Origin: an uncultured Chthonomonadaceae bacterium
Lineage (GTDB): Bacteria; Armatimonadota; Chthonomonadetes; Chthonomonadales; Chthonomonadaceae
Direction: 5' to 3'
Length of the DNA stretch: 64,000 nucleotides
Assembly: GCA_963817895.1 (NCBI GenBank)
Contig: CAWFQB010000001.1
Location: forward strand, 384,001-448,000
Numbering within the stretch: position 1 is the first letter of the stretch; each line of letters opens with the position of its first letter. A model generated the notes under the pieces. That model worked only from the letters and a program-made list of their open reading frames with translations. It made no database searches and was not told where the DNA came from. This document shows positions 43,675-54,343 of the stretch, in pieces. A program made the position numbers and the translations under genes.

Positions 43675-46587
43675 TCACTTTTTGCCGGTCAGGTGGGCAA
43701 TGGCGGCTTCCAGTATTTCGTCTTTGCCCTGACGGATGCCTTCAACCGTCGGCGCGACTCGGATGTTGGGCTGGATGCCGACGCGCTGGAGTTGGCGACC
43801 GTCGGCGTGGCGCACGTCGTGGCCGGTGAAGTTGACCTGAATGTTGCCGGGGAGAATGACATTGGTAACGTCGCCGTTCGCGCCCATTGTCGGCGTCCCG
43901 ATGAAGGTTGTGGGCGTACACGACTCGATGAACAGGCAGGTATGCTCGGCCTGACTGATGGCGTCCTCGTTGATTAAGACCACCACTTTGCCTTTGTATA
44001 TGTCGCCCTTGCCGCCCTCGGCATACTGAACGAACTGAAGGGTTGTGGCAACGTCCCCGTCCGGGGTGTGCGGTTCGGGACGCTGGAAGCGGGCGGCGGG
44101 TACGCGCTTATTCGTAAGATGCGGCGCAATCGTCCACGCGGTTCCATTGGGATAGCCGCGCATATCGAAAATCAGGCCGGGAGTGTCCTTCACCTTGATA
44201 AAAGCTTCGTTCACCTGCTGCGGCGTCAATCGCGCCAGATCCATGTAGCCCAAACCGGACGGTAGGACGCCGAAAACGGGTGTGGTTCGGGACGGCGGGA
44301 CCACATACGGCACGGAACAGGCGAGTTCCACCTCGCGAACGGTCCCGTCTTTGCCCTGAACCCGCGCGGTTATCTTGCCGCCGGGATTGCCGCGCAATAG
44401 ATACGGGGCGATGCGTCCGCTCAACGCCTGCGGCGTGGACGCGGCGAACAAACGGCCCAATGCCTCGCGCCGTTTGGCAATGTCTTCGCCGTTCAGCGCG
44501 AAAATCGTATCCCCAACTTCAATACCCCCAACGTTAGCCTTCTGCCCTTCGGCAATCGCAACCACAACGGTTTTGCCCTCGATCTCTTTCAGCGCGAGGG
44601 GCGCGGTTGCTCCTCCCAACTGCTGTTCCAGAACGGGATTGCGCGTGAAGCCGTGCGAGTCGTCCAAGCGGGCAACAAGATGCGCGACGGTTGTGGCGTA
44701 ATCCAGCGCGTTGGCGTTGGGTTCAAATTGGGGAATGAAATCCGTCAGGGTTTTGTCCCAACTCGTGTCCATTAAATGCTTGTAGGGATAAAAGTAGTGG
44801 ATCACGTTCCATAAGCGGAACAGGGACAGCAGGCGGTATTCGGCGTTGGGATACGACATGCCAGGATAGGTGTTTTCCGGGCGCGCGCTCAACCCGGCGG
44901 GCGCGGCAAGTGGTGTTTTTGCGGTTCCCATCGGCTGAAGCGCGGCTTTACGCGCGGCGACAAAGGCGGGGTTCGCGTCGCTCCGATCTTTCGAGACGGG
45001 AACGGTCAGGTCGGGATGAAAGCCGATGCCGCCGCTCGGACTGACGAATTCCCCGGTTCGCAATGTCACAGTAACATTGTCGGGCAGGGTCATGGCGTAG
45101 GTTTCCGCGCCCCCATCCGTTTGCGACTCGCCCTCCTGCACGATTGTTGCCAGTTTCGCTGCCTGCAAGCCGCTGATTATATCGGCAATGCCGCCAGAAT
45201 TAGGGTTGACGAGAAACGTCATGCGGGGCGAGGCGGCAGACGGGCTTCTTCGCGCCCGCATCACTTCGGCCTGCCGCGTCACCCACGCCGCATAGTAGCC
45301 GCCGCTGGTTCCGCCGGATTGGGGCGGATAGCCGGAGTACAGGCGATGCCGGGACGTGGCGAGGGATAAATCCGAAGTGAGCAGCAGGGGAAGCGCCTGT
45401 TCAAAACTGTAGCGGAAGGAATACGCCGCTATCTCGTCCGAAGACGTAGCGCGTAGATCGAAGATAACAGTCGAAGCCGCGCCCGCTTCCCGCATCACGG
45501 TGGCGAATTGGCTGATTTTGTCCATGTTGCCCGCAAACTGCGTCCAATCGTCGGCAACGATTAGGGCTGTTTTCCTGTCATCCAGCCAGCGGATATAGGG
45601 CTGTGGTTTGGCGGGATTGCCGTTTTTGCCGCCTGCCTGCGCGGATGGGGCATTGTCGCTGTTGGCGGGTTCGGCAGTGGTTCCCGGTGTCGGCTGCGTA
45701 TGGGTGGCCGGGTCATGGAGGGTTGCCAGCAGGCCGTCAATCGCGGCTTTGTACTCTCCGGCGTTTTTGGCCGCGCGAACTTTCGGGATTGCGGCAACAA
45801 GGGCGGCATCCCAATCATTATCTTTGTAGGCCAGCCAGGGATGGAAATATTTGGCCGCGCCCCAGACCCGGCACAATCCGGCCAACCGTTCGGTTGTTGC
45901 TGCCGAAGGCGCAGGCAGCGCAACCGCAGGCGTGGCGTCAACTTTGGCTTCCCTGGCATCGCCTTCGATGGTGAGGGAAACATTGTCCATCCACGCCTTA
46001 CCTGTTCCAATCAGCAGCAGTCCGAAGTTGATTTGCGCCGCGTCCGCTTCAACGTCGCCCACAATATCGAAGTCGCGCCACACTTTGTCGCCGACAGTAA
46101 GCGGATGGTCGTTCATGTTGTCGAACAGGCCCATGCCGCCTCCCGCCCGATCCACGCGCAGCCAGATTCGCGCCTGATCGCCCGGACCCGCAGCCTGCAA
46201 ACGCAGGGAAGCGTGGAAGTGGACACGCTTGCCCCGGTACGGCGTGGCGTCCATTGCCTGCATGATGTTGCCGAACGCCTGCCCGCCCGCCTTCACGTTC
46301 GGCCCGCCTGCCAGCAGGACGCACTGCCTGCCGCTTTTGGGTTTGTCATTGCTGATGACCGCGCTGTATCCAGCAGCCATAACCGGGGGCGGCACGAACC
46401 ATCCCGGCGGCGGCTGTCCCACAACGCCCTGCTCAAAATCCGGGTTGGCAACGCCGTTCGGTTTGTTTTGCGTTTTGGCCTGCCCTTGCATCATTGCGGG
46501 AGTTCCGGCAACGGTTTTCACCCCCGTATAAGCGGGCAGTAGCAGCGTCAACAAAACCGTCAGACCGGCACAACGGCGCATCATCAT
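43675..46587 (-). CDS. Secreted S41 family peptidase
   Basis: VWGAAKYFHP, LWNVIHYFYPY, LIFDMRGYP, ISQAEH, GANG and QRVGIQP. Confidence 0.9.
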   Translation of the reverse strand: MMMRRCAGLTVLLTLLLPAYTGVKTVAGTPAMMQGQAKTQNKPNGVANPDFEQGVVGQPPPGWFVPPPVMAAGYSAVISNDKPKSGRQCVLLAGGPNVKAGGQAFGNIMQAMDATPYRGKRVHFHASLRLQAAGPGDQARIWLRVDRAGGGMGLFDNMNDHPLTVGDKVWRDFDIVGDVEADAAQINFGLLLIGTGKAWMDNVSLTIEGDAREAKVDATPAVALPAPSAATTERLAGLCRVWGAAKYFHPWLAYKDNDWDAALVAAIPKVRAAKNAGEYKAAIDGLLATLHDPATHTQPTPGTTAEPANSDNAPSAQAGGKNGNPAKPQPYIRWLDDRKTALIVADDWTQFAGNMDKISQFATVMREAGAASTVIFDLRATSSDEIAAYSFRYSFEQALPLLLTSDLSLATSRHRLYSGYPPQSGGTSGGYYAAWVTRQAEVMRARRSPSAASPRMTFLVNPNSGGIADIISGLQAAKLATIVQEGESQTDGGAETYAMTLPDNVTVTLRTGEFVSPSGGIGFHPDLTVPVSKDRSDANPAFVAARKAALQPMGTAKTPLAAPAGLSARPENTYPGMSYPNAEYRLLSLFRLWNVIHYFYPYKHLMDTSWDKTLTDFIPQFEPNANALDYATTVAHLVARLDDSHGFTRNPVLEQQLGGATAPLALKEIEGKTVVVAIAEGQKANVGGIEVGDTIFALNGEDIAKRREALGRLFAASTPQALSGRIAPYLLRGNPGGKITARVQGKDGTVREVELACSVPYVVPPSRTTPVFGVLPSGLGYMDLARLTPQQVNEAFIKVKDTPGLIFDMRGYPNGTAWTIAPHLTNKRVPAARFQRPEPHTPDGDVATTLQFVQYAEGGKGDIYKGKVVVLINEDAISQAEHTCLFIESCTPTTFIGTPTMGANGDVTNVILPGNIQVNFTGHDVRHADGRQLQRVGIQPNIRVAPTVEGIRQGKDEILEAAIAHLTGKK

Positions 46588-46669
46588 AACTTTGTCCTTT
46601 GCGTGTCATACTAAAGCCTAACAACCTAAAACCCTGAAACCTTAAAACCCTAACTACAGGAGTAAACGA

Positions 46670-47185
46670 ATGCCCGGCGCGAAAGCCCATGACATGATAA
46701 CCTTGATTACGGCGGCAGCGGCCAATGGCGCGTATTTTGCCTTTACGCCGCATCCGAATACGAATTTCGCCGCGCTGTTCACGATCTCCTACCTGTTTGC
46801 CGGATACGCCTGCGCGGGCGATCTGGATTTGGACAGTAAAGAGTACCGGCGCTGGGGATTGCTGCGATTTTTGTGGAAGCCGTACCAGATGTTGGTTCCG
46901 CACCGCTCGTGGGTGTCGCACGGATTGATATTAGGGGGCGTGATACGGGCGGCGTATCTCGCGCTTGTCTGCACACTTTTGGGGTGGCTTGTGGTATGGG
47001 GGATAAGCCGGTTGGGGCCGCATTACGACGCGACGCAGCTTGCGCAGCAGCAGTGGCAATCCCTGTTCGCGCTGGCGCAGGCGCATCCGCAGGAGACGCT
47101 CGCGCTGGCGAGCGGCTTCGTTCTGGCGGGAACCACGCATTCGCTTGCCGATATTATCTGGTCAGGTTTGAAACGCCGGTTTTGA
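46670..47185 (+). CDS. DUF2227-type metal-binding membrane protein
   Basis: MPG..HD, DLDL.S...RWG, W.PY...PHRS..SH and HSLAD. Confidence 0.8.
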   Translation: MPGAKAHDMITLITAAAANGAYFAFTPHPNTNFAALFTISYLFAGYACAGDLDLDSKEYRRWGLLRFLWKPYQMLVPHRSWVSHGLILGGVIRAAYLALVCTLLGWLVVWGISRLGPHYDATQLAQQQWQSLFALAQAHPQETLALASGFVLAGTTHSLADIIWSGLKRRF

Positions 47186-47206
47186 ACTTTGAACCGGGAA
47201 AATAAG

Positions 47207-48025
47207 TTATTGCCCCAGTTTTTTCAGGGCGAGTTTCGCCTTCTCATTGCCTCCATCGGCGGCTTTGCGAAACCACTTCAAAGCCTCTTTATCATTTTGC
47301 GCGACGCCTAGGCCCTTGAAGTACATCACTCCGTAATTGAACATCGAATTTGGGTCGCCCGCGTCTACGCCTTTCGCATACCACTTGAGCGCTTCCGTAT
47401 AATCCTGCTTGACGCCCAGACCGTGTTCATACATGGCGCCGAGATTTAATACTCCTAAAGCGCTGCCTCCTTCGGCGGCTTTGCGATACCACTTGACGGC
47501 TTCTTTCTCATCTTTGGGGAGGCCAAAGCGACCAGCGGCATACATCGAGCCGAGGTTGGACATTGCGTTGGGATTGCCCGCATCGGCGGATTTACGAAAC
47601 CACTTGACGGCCTCGACGCCATCTTTGGCGATACCTATGCCGTTCAAGTACGCCACTCCGAGATTGTACATGCCGTGAGAATTGCCCGCGTCGGCGGCTT
47701 TGCGATACCACTTTGCGGCCTCTTTATCATCATGCGCGGCGGCGCACATCGCTCCGACATTGAACATTCCCAAAGGGCTGCCCGCATCGGCGGATTTGCG
47801 AAACCACTTTGCCGCTTCTACTTCATTTTTAGAAACGCCCTCGCCTTTCAAGTAGCATAAACCGACATTGTACATTGCATTCGCGTCGCCCCCGGCGGCG
47901 GCTTTGCTGTATTGCGAGAAGGCTGCCGCGCCATTCTGCGCGAGACTGAAAGACATGATGGTCGTCGTAAGCACAAGAGCGGCGCAGGCAGAAACGAGAG
48001 ATTTGCGGAAATGTTTGCAGTTCAC
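47207..48025 (-). CDS. Secreted SEL1-repeat protein
   Basis: Repeated AMYNLG..Y..G.GV.KD..EA.KW.RK.A units; GTG start after an RBS. Confidence 0.92.
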   Translation of the reverse strand: MNCKHFRKSLVSACAALVLTTTIMSFSLAQNGAAAFSQYSKAAAGGDANAMYNVGLCYLKGEGVSKNEVEAAKWFRKSADAGSPLGMFNVGAMCAAAHDDKEAAKWYRKAADAGNSHGMYNLGVAYLNGIGIAKDGVEAVKWFRKSADAGNPNAMSNLGSMYAAGRFGLPKDEKEAVKWYRKAAEGGSALGVLNLGAMYEHGLGVKQDYTEALKWYAKGVDAGDPNSMFNYGVMYFKGLGVAQNDKEALKWFRKAADGGNEKAKLALKKLGQ

Positions 48026-48070
48026 AGTGTTTTCCTTCCTTTCCGAACGATATTCCACAGGAATAGAAAC

Positions 48071-48791
48071 CTATTTGCCCATGCGAAGCAACTCCAGTTT
48101 TGCCTCGGCATTTCCGGCTTCGGCGGCTTTGCGAAGCCATTTGCGCGCTTCCGCATTATCTTTAGTAACGCCGCGACCGTCCGCGTACCGTGTTCCGAGC
48201 GCATACATTGCTTTCACGGATCCCGCTTCCGCGCCTTTGCGGTACCATTTCACGGCCTCCGTGTCGCTTTTAGGAACGCCCAGACCGCCTGCGTACATTA
48301 CTCCAAGACTGTTCATTCCGAACGAATCTCCCGAGGCGGCGGCTTTGCGAAACCACTTGACGGCTTCCACATTATCTTTGGCGACGCCGCGCCCCTCTGC
48401 GTACATCAAGCCGATATTGAACATGCCTAAGGACTCTCCCCCGGCGACGGCTTTGCGATACCACCGCATGGCCTCTTTCTCATTTTTGACGCCGCCACGC
48501 CCGTCTTCGTACAGCGCTCCGAGATTCAACATGGCGTGTGAACTCACCCGCTTCGGCGCCTCTGAGAAACCACTTGAAGGCTTCCCTGCCATTTTGGGGG
48601 ACGCCTTCACCGTTCAGGTACATTATTCCGAGATTGAACATAGCGGTTAAATCGCCCCCGGCGGCGGCTTTGCGGGTGAGCAGGAGGTCCGGCGCGTCGC
48701 CCTGCCCGCGAACGGCAGGCGTAATCCCTGTGGTAAGCATAAGGGCGGCGCAGACAGGAACGAGACACGCGCGGAAACGTTTGCAGAACAT
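48071..48791 (-). CDS. Secreted SEL1-repeat protein; frameshift near 48540
   Basis: Same repeats and a signal peptide; tandem paralog of 47207..48025. Confidence 0.88.
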
Positions 48792-48934
48792 GAGTTTCTC
48801 CTTCCAAACGACATGCGACAACGTCGAGAGACAATTATAACCTGTGTATAATACGGGTGTAGTTGTCTCTTGTTCCACGAATTGCGGCAAAGGAGGGGGA
48901 CACTATAAACGTGTCTGCTTCATAGCCATCGGCG

Positions 48935-51900
48935 CTAACGCATTCCCGCGTAGGCTTGCTGCCAGCCTGCGTTGGTGTTGATGAGGGCGAGGATTTGCGC
49001 GATGTCGGCGGCGTCGGTTTCGGGGAACAGGCCGTCCAGTCCGAGCGGGCTGTAATTGGTGAAGGGCTGCTCGTAGAGAAGGCCCGCGTCCATCACGCCG
49101 TTTCGAGTGAGGTATTCGATGATCTGGTTGATGAACCGAATCTGGTTGGCGTTGTAGGGGGAACCGGCCAGATATTTGCCGAACGCTTTGCGGACCGCCT
49201 CCGGTTCCAGCCCGACCAGTTTGCGGATAAACGCGCCCAGACTGTCGTTCGGGCGGTACGCCTGCTCGAACTGCGCGCGGCTCCCCTCGCCGCCCAATTC
49301 GTACAGCAGGTTTTCCAATGCCTTTACGTCATTTGTGGTGAGCGGCTCATTGTAGCGCAGTTTGACAACGGCGGGGTGTTCGCGCTGCGCGTTGAGGAAC
49401 GCTTCCACTTTTTTGCGGTACTGCGCGGCGTCTATGCCGGAAGCCAGTCCCGATAACGTCATCTCCACGCCCGCCCCAAGTTCGTCCTCAAAATCGGTAT
49501 AAATGGGAACGCGCCTGTCTTTGTCAATGTACTTCACCAGATCGCGCAGGCGTTTGCGAACGGTTTCCAGTTCCGCAACGGTGACGCCCATCCAGAATTC
49601 ATCGGTTTGTATCTCCTGAATCAGCGGCATTTGCGCGGCAACGAGGGGAATACTCTCTTTCATTTCCAAGCTGTCGGCAATGTCGCGCACCTGTGATTGC
49701 AGGCGCGGCAAGGCGGGTTCGGCGCGTAACAAAGCCAGTTGCAGGTTGAGCAGCAGCAGGTCGAACAGGCGGGCCGTAATGTCTTCCGGGTCGAGTTCGG
49801 AGGGGAGGCCGGCAAGCTGTTCGGCGATTTCGCTTGCCTGCTCGTTCGCCAGTTCGTCCCACACTTTGCGTTCGCCGTACTGTTCCACATAGCGGCGTTT
49901 GGGGCGCACGACAAAGTTATCCACGTTCATGGCCGCCACTTCGCCGTGCAATCTGTCCGCGAGTTCCACATCCAATGCGCCGTAGGCGGGTGACGCTTCC
50001 GCTACCTGAAGGGGCGCGGCCTGTTCGGACTGCGCGGTTTGCCGGACGGTTTGCAGCAGTTCCAATCGGCGCAGAAACAGTTTTGTGCCGAGCGCTTCCT
50101 GTGAAACGCCCTCCATGCCTTTGGGGTTCGCGCCAAAGTACTCGAAGTTCTGGCAGTAATCGAACACGGTGAAAAACGCTTTATCCCTGCCCGGTCCGAA
50201 CAGGTTAGGACGCAGGCGCGTACCCCTGCCGATCATCTGCCAGAACTTGGTTTTGGAACGAACGATTTTGAAAAAGACAAGATTGGCGACTTCGGGAACG
50301 TCTATGCCCGTATCCAGCATATCTACCGAAATGGCGATATGGGGATTGTTGTCGGGCGTGGAAAAGTCGTCCAGTATGTTCTGGGCGTAGGTTTCGTAGT
50401 GGTCAATCACGCGGGCGAAACGGCCTTTGAGATGCGGATAGTTGTGGTCGAACCGCTCCTGAATGAACAGCGCGTGTTCGTGGTTTTTGGCGAAGATGAT
50501 GGTTTTGGCGAGTCGGTCCCCGCCGTCCACTTTCTGCCCGTTGGTCATCAGGTCGCGCAATACCTTGTCTACCGTGTCCTTGTTGAACAGCCATTTGTTC
50601 AGGTCGTTCGCGTTCACCTCGTCGGGAATCGCGCCCTCCTCGCCCCAATCTTTGGCGTCCCATTCGGCCTGCTCGTCCTCGCTCAATTCGGCGTACTTGA
50701 TGCCCTCGCGCAGAAACTTGTCGGGAACGGAGAAGGCGCGGGGCGGAACCAGCCAGCCGTCGCGCACGGCCTCTTCCAGTTCATACGCGGAGGTGGGGAC
50801 GCCGCTTTCCAGATCGAAGAGTTTGTAGGTGTTCTTGTCCACTTCCGATTTGGGCGTGGCGGTCAGGCCGACAAGCAGGCTATCGAAGTAGCCGAAAATC
50901 GCGCCGTATTTCTGGTACACGCTGCGGTGCGCCTCGTCAATGACAACCAGATCGAAATGGCCTGAGCCGAACCGCCGCGCCCCGCTTTTCACATCATCTA
51001 TCAGGCCCATCATCGTCGGATAGGTGGACAGGTACACGCGGCTGCTCATGTCCTCTTTTTCCAGCACAAGGTTGACGGGCGTACTGCCGGGCAGATGCGT
51101 TTTGAAGGCATTGGCGGCCTGATTGACAAGCGCGACGCGATCCGCCAGAAACAGGACGCGCTTGATCCAGTTGCATTTTTGCAGCAGTTCGCACAGGGCA
51201 ATCACGGTTCGGGTTTTGCCCGCGCCCGTCGCCATAACCACAAGGCCTTTGCGCTGCTGCTTTTCCCATCCCGCGCACACGTCCCGAACGGCGAGATGCT
51301 GATACGGGCGTTCTACAATGGCGGTGTTGATGGGCGCGTTGGCGATGGGTTTGCGCGTTGTTCGGCGCTGAATCAGCAGTTCCAGTTCATCCTTTTTGTA
51401 AAAGCCCTGCACGGGTCGGGGCGGATAGTTCAGGTCGTCCCACAGCCACGTTTCGTAGCCGTTGGTGTAGAAGATAATCGGGCGCTGCCCGTACTTCGCC
51501 TGTAGACAGTCGGCATAGAGTTTGGCCTGCTGCTGCCCGATGCGCGAGTCTTTTTTGGCGCGTTTGGCCTCGACAACGGCAAGCGGCAGGCCGTTGTCGC
51601 CCCACAAAACATAATCCACGTAGCCTTTGCCCTGCGCGTTGGGCATGCCCGTGACGGGAAACTCGCGGTCTTCCGGTTTCAGCAGGGGCCAGCCCGCTTC
51701 GCGCAATAGCAAATCAATGAAGAAGTCGCGGGTCTGCGCTTCCGAATAATCGTGGTTGTCGGGAACCGCTTCGTTCTGCTTTTTGGCAAGCGCGACTTCG
51801 GCCTTCAGCTGCTTGATCTCGGCGTCCAGTTGCGTGGCGGTTTTCGTCGCGTCGTGCAGGGCGTCCGCCTGCGCTTTGAGGGTTTTGTCGCGGGCTTCCA

Positions 51901-52396
51901 GTTCGGCTTGCAGGGTTTGCAGTTGCTGCGCGGTCAGGGCCTTTTGCGCGGCGGCATGTTTGGCGCGGGCGGAAAGCAGGCTTGTATCGAAAGCGAGTCC
52001 GGCGTACAGGGCAATGTTCTGGCGGGTATACGTCCGGGCCAGCCACCAGCAGATATGAAACAGTTCCCGCGTGGCCTGTTCCGAATCGCGCGTTTCCACA
52101 TTCCGGCTGCTGTGAACCGCCTCGTTGCCCAAATCCTTGACAACCCGCGTTTTGACAAACACCTCGTTGGGAACCAGACGGCGAAACGTCGGCTCGTGAA
52201 GCAGGGCGGAAAGCGTATCATCGTAGGGCGGGGAAAGGGTCAGGTCATGCGCGTACAGCCAGTTGACCGCCAGTTCGAGCGCCCGGCGGGCATAAAAGCA
52301 GGCGGCGCGGGGATCGGTCAGGGCGAGGCTTTCCACGCGGGCGGCAGCCGTGTACAGTTCCGGCCATTCCGAATTTAGAAATTGAAAGTTAGACAT
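48935..52396 (-). CDS. hsdR: Type I restriction enzyme R subunit
   Basis: DYVL..VEAK, QA..Y, MATGAGKT, DEAHRS, LTATP, MLDTGIDVP and QMIGRGTR. Confidence 0.95.
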   Translation of the reverse strand: MSNFQFLNSEWPELYTAAARVESLALTDPRAACFYARRALELAVNWLYAHDLTLSPPYDDTLSALLHEPTFRRLVPNEVFVKTRVVKDLGNEAVHSSRNVETRDSEQATRELFHICWWLARTYTRQNIALYAGLAFDTSLLSARAKHAAAQKALTAQQLQTLQAELEARDKTLKAQADALHDATKTATQLDAEIKQLKAEVALAKKQNEAVPDNHDYSEAQTRDFFIDLLLREAGWPLLKPEDREFPVTGMPNAQGKGYVDYVLWGDNGLPLAVVEAKRAKKDSRIGQQQAKLYADCLQAKYGQRPIIFYTNGYETWLWDDLNYPPRPVQGFYKKDELELLIQRRTTRKPIANAPINTAIVERPYQHLAVRDVCAGWEKQQRKGLVVMATGAGKTRTVIALCELLQKCNWIKRVLFLADRVALVNQAANAFKTHLPGSTPVNLVLEKEDMSSRVYLSTYPTMMGLIDDVKSGARRFGSGHFDLVVIDEAHRSVYQKYGAIFGYFDSLLVGLTATPKSEVDKNTYKLFDLESGVPTSAYELEEAVRDGWLVPPRAFSVPDKFLREGIKYAELSEDEQAEWDAKDWGEEGAIPDEVNANDLNKWLFNKDTVDKVLRDLMTNGQKVDGGDRLAKTIIFAKNHEHALFIQERFDHNYPHLKGRFARVIDHYETYAQNILDDFSTPDNNPHIAISVDMLDTGIDVPEVANLVFFKIVRSKTKFWQMIGRGTRLRPNLFGPGRDKAFFTVFDYCQNFEYFGANPKGMEGVSQEALGTKLFLRRLELLQTVRQTAQSEQAAPLQVAEASPAYGALDVELADRLHGEVAAMNVDNFVVRPKRRYVEQYGERKVWDELANEQASEIAEQLAGLPSELDPEDITARLFDLLLLNLQLALLRAEPALPRLQSQVRDIADSLEMKESIPLVAAQMPLIQEIQTDEFWMGVTVAELETVRKRLRDLVKYIDKDRRVPIYTDFEDELGAGVEMTLSGLASGIDAAQYRKKVEAFLNAQREHPAVVKLRYNEPLTTNDVKALENLLYELGGEGSRAQFEQAYRPNDSLGAFIRKLVGLEPEAVRKAFGKYLAGSPYNANQIRFINQIIEYLTRNGVMDAGLLYEQPFTNYSPLGLDGLFPETDAADIAQILALINTNAGWQQAYAGMR

Positions 52397-53616
52397 GGCG
52401 GTATGGGCGTTTCGGTCGTGTTCGTTTCGGTCGGCGGTGACGAAAAGGCTTGCTGCTGAAGCGACGTAAACAGCGTCTCTAAATGGCTTAATGACTTTTG
52501 ATGTGGTTCGCGCATAGCGCGAATTGCTGCCACTTTCTTTTCATACTCACTCTGAAGCGGTGAAGGCGGAACCATTATTGGAATAGTTTTCAATTCACTG
52601 GCATTGATGTTTGCCATGCCAATAATGCTTTTGCACATGTTACGCAGAACCGTCTTGCCGTGAACACTGTTGAGGTATGCGGAAATGTACTCGGAACTAT
52701 GTTCTGGTTTCGGGCGCACTCGTATTAAATAGCCTGCGTAAGCCATTAGTTTTTCTTCGCGGTATACAGCGGTTTTTCCTACCAATTCCTTGCTGTTGGT
52801 TCGATTGAAAAGAATATCTCCACGACGAACAAGGTATTTGGGTTGCTCTGCTTTGGTAAGGTCAATATACTTCAAGTCCGCAAAGTTCCAACTGCCATCA
52901 TACGTGATGTTACCCATACGCAAAATGGGAAACGCGCCTTCGGAACCAGCTTTGCTGCTTGTTCCATAAGAAACGTCTTGTACCATGTCACCAATCGTAG
53001 CCAATTCCCAACCTTTGGTATTTGTCACCGGGTCGCCGAACATATCCAGAAAGACCGACTGCAAGAGCGCGTCGAGTTTGGCGAGGGCTTCGCGGCGTTT
53101 GCGGCGCAGGGCGTCGGCTTCGTCGAGAATGGTGGCGATGCGTTTTTGTTCGGCAAGGGGCGGGAGTGGAATCCTGATTTCTTTCAGGTTCGAAATAGAA
53201 ACGCTTGCCTGATTCACTGAAGGATTAATTATCCGTTCTAAGGGAACGCGAAAGTTCGGTGAACGTAGGAAACGCAACAGAAAGCGCGAATATGTGATTT
53301 CAGGATTGGTACGAAGACAAAGCAAGTTCATTCCATGAACCAGCGTTTCCGGGTTGCCTTCATACATTGCACACTTCCCTAAATGCTCAATGCTATTGAT
53401 GTGGCTAAAAAGGATGTCCCCTTCTTCCAGCAACCATCCTTTGCATTGAGATAATTCTAATCCAGCATAGCCTACTTTTTCAGCGTTGATGATTGCTTTT
53501 GAAATAGTCTCAATCCGCGTTATAGGCAAGCCGCCTTCGGACTTTGATTGTTTCACAGAAAGACCATTACGCATGAATAAGAGTGTGTCACCTAATCGCA
53601 CAAAGTTTTCGTTCAT
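52375..53616 (-). CDS. hsdS: Type I specificity subunit
   Basis: Two TRDs, IPLPPLAEQKRIA, FLDMFGDP and IMVPPSPLQ. Confidence 0.93.
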   Translation of the reverse strand: MNENFVRLGDTLLFMRNGLSVKQSKSEGGLPITRIETISKAIINAEKVGYAGLELSQCKGWLLEEGDILFSHINSIEHLGKCAMYEGNPETLVHGMNLLCLRTNPEITYSRFLLRFLRSPNFRVPLERIINPSVNQASVSISNLKEIRIPLPPLAEQKRIATILDEADALRRKRREALAKLDALLQSVFLDMFGDPVTNTKGWELATIGDMVQDVSYGTSSKAGSEGAFPILRMGNITYDGSWNFADLKYIDLTKAEQPKYLVRRGDILFNRTNSKELVGKTAVYREEKLMAYAGYLIRVRPKPEHSSEYISAYLNSVHGKTVLRNMCKSIIGMANINASELKTIPIMVPPSPLQSEYEKKVAAIRAMREPHQKSLSHLETLFTSLQQQAFSSPPTETNTTETPIPPCLTFNF

Positions 53617-53719
53617 TATGTACCGCCTTTTTTCCTGTGAACCGGTTTGTGGATTTGCCAAGCCAAAAAACAACAGGCCGCGTGTGCAAAAAAGAGAGGA
53701 TTGGGCGAACGTTGGGGGG

Positions 53720-53926
53720 TTCTACCCTCATCCGGCCTCCGGCCACCTTCTCCCTGCAAGGGAGAAGGCTAAATTGTGAGATTGGGCGGGTTGGATGGAA
53801 CATTCCTGAACCGCGCAGGAATAAACCAATTATATGCCTAAACTAACCCCTATTCAACCCACCAGACTACCACATTAGCCTTCTCCCTTGCAGGGAGAAG
53901 GTGGCCCCCGACGGATGAGGGTAGAA
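53720..53926. repeat. REPIN-like doublet (left), made of two inverted ~53-bp REP units
   Basis: ttctaccctcatccgg...ccttctccctgcaagggagaaggctaa at 53720..53772 and its inverse at 53875..53926. Confidence 0.9.
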
Positions 53927-53951
53927 ACTTCCAACTACGGAACCCCAACCC

Positions 53952-54341
53952 ATGCCCGACGAGAAACACCTGCGCATCCAGCCCCAACTCACCGAACGCG
54001 CCCGCCAGTTTCGTCGCGCCCTGACGCCGATGGAAACACGCTTGTGGACACAGCTACGTGACCGCAAATGTGAGGGACACAAGTTCCGCCGTCAGGTCGT
54101 TCTGGACAGATATATTGCCGACTTTTACTGCGCCGCCTCCCGCCTGCTCGTGGAAGTGGACGGCAGTTCGCACAACGGCACGGTGGAACGCGACGCCATG
54201 CGTGACGAGTGGCTTGCCCTGCACGGCCACCACACCCTGCGCGTCACCAATACCGATGTGCGCGACAACCTTGAAGGCGTCCTGACCCTGATTGCGCAAA
54301 CCTGCACCCGGTTTCAGGGGGAGGATCCTGCGGAACCGTAA
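53952..54341 (+). CDS. DUF559 (Vsr-like) endonuclease
   Basis: ARQFRR..T..E..LW..LR, KFRRQ, YIADFYC, VEVDG..H and D..RD..L. Confidence 0.92.
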   Translation: MPDEKHLRIQPQLTERARQFRRALTPMETRLWTQLRDRKCEGHKFRRQVVLDRYIADFYCAASRLLVEVDGSSHNGTVERDAMRDEWLALHGHHTLRVTNTDVRDNLEGVLTLIAQTCTRFQGEDPAEP

Positions 54342-54343
54342 GA

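Noticed and set aside
47207..48791. Tandem SEL1 genes as a novel system
   Set aside because: Tandem secreted SEL1 paralogs are common.
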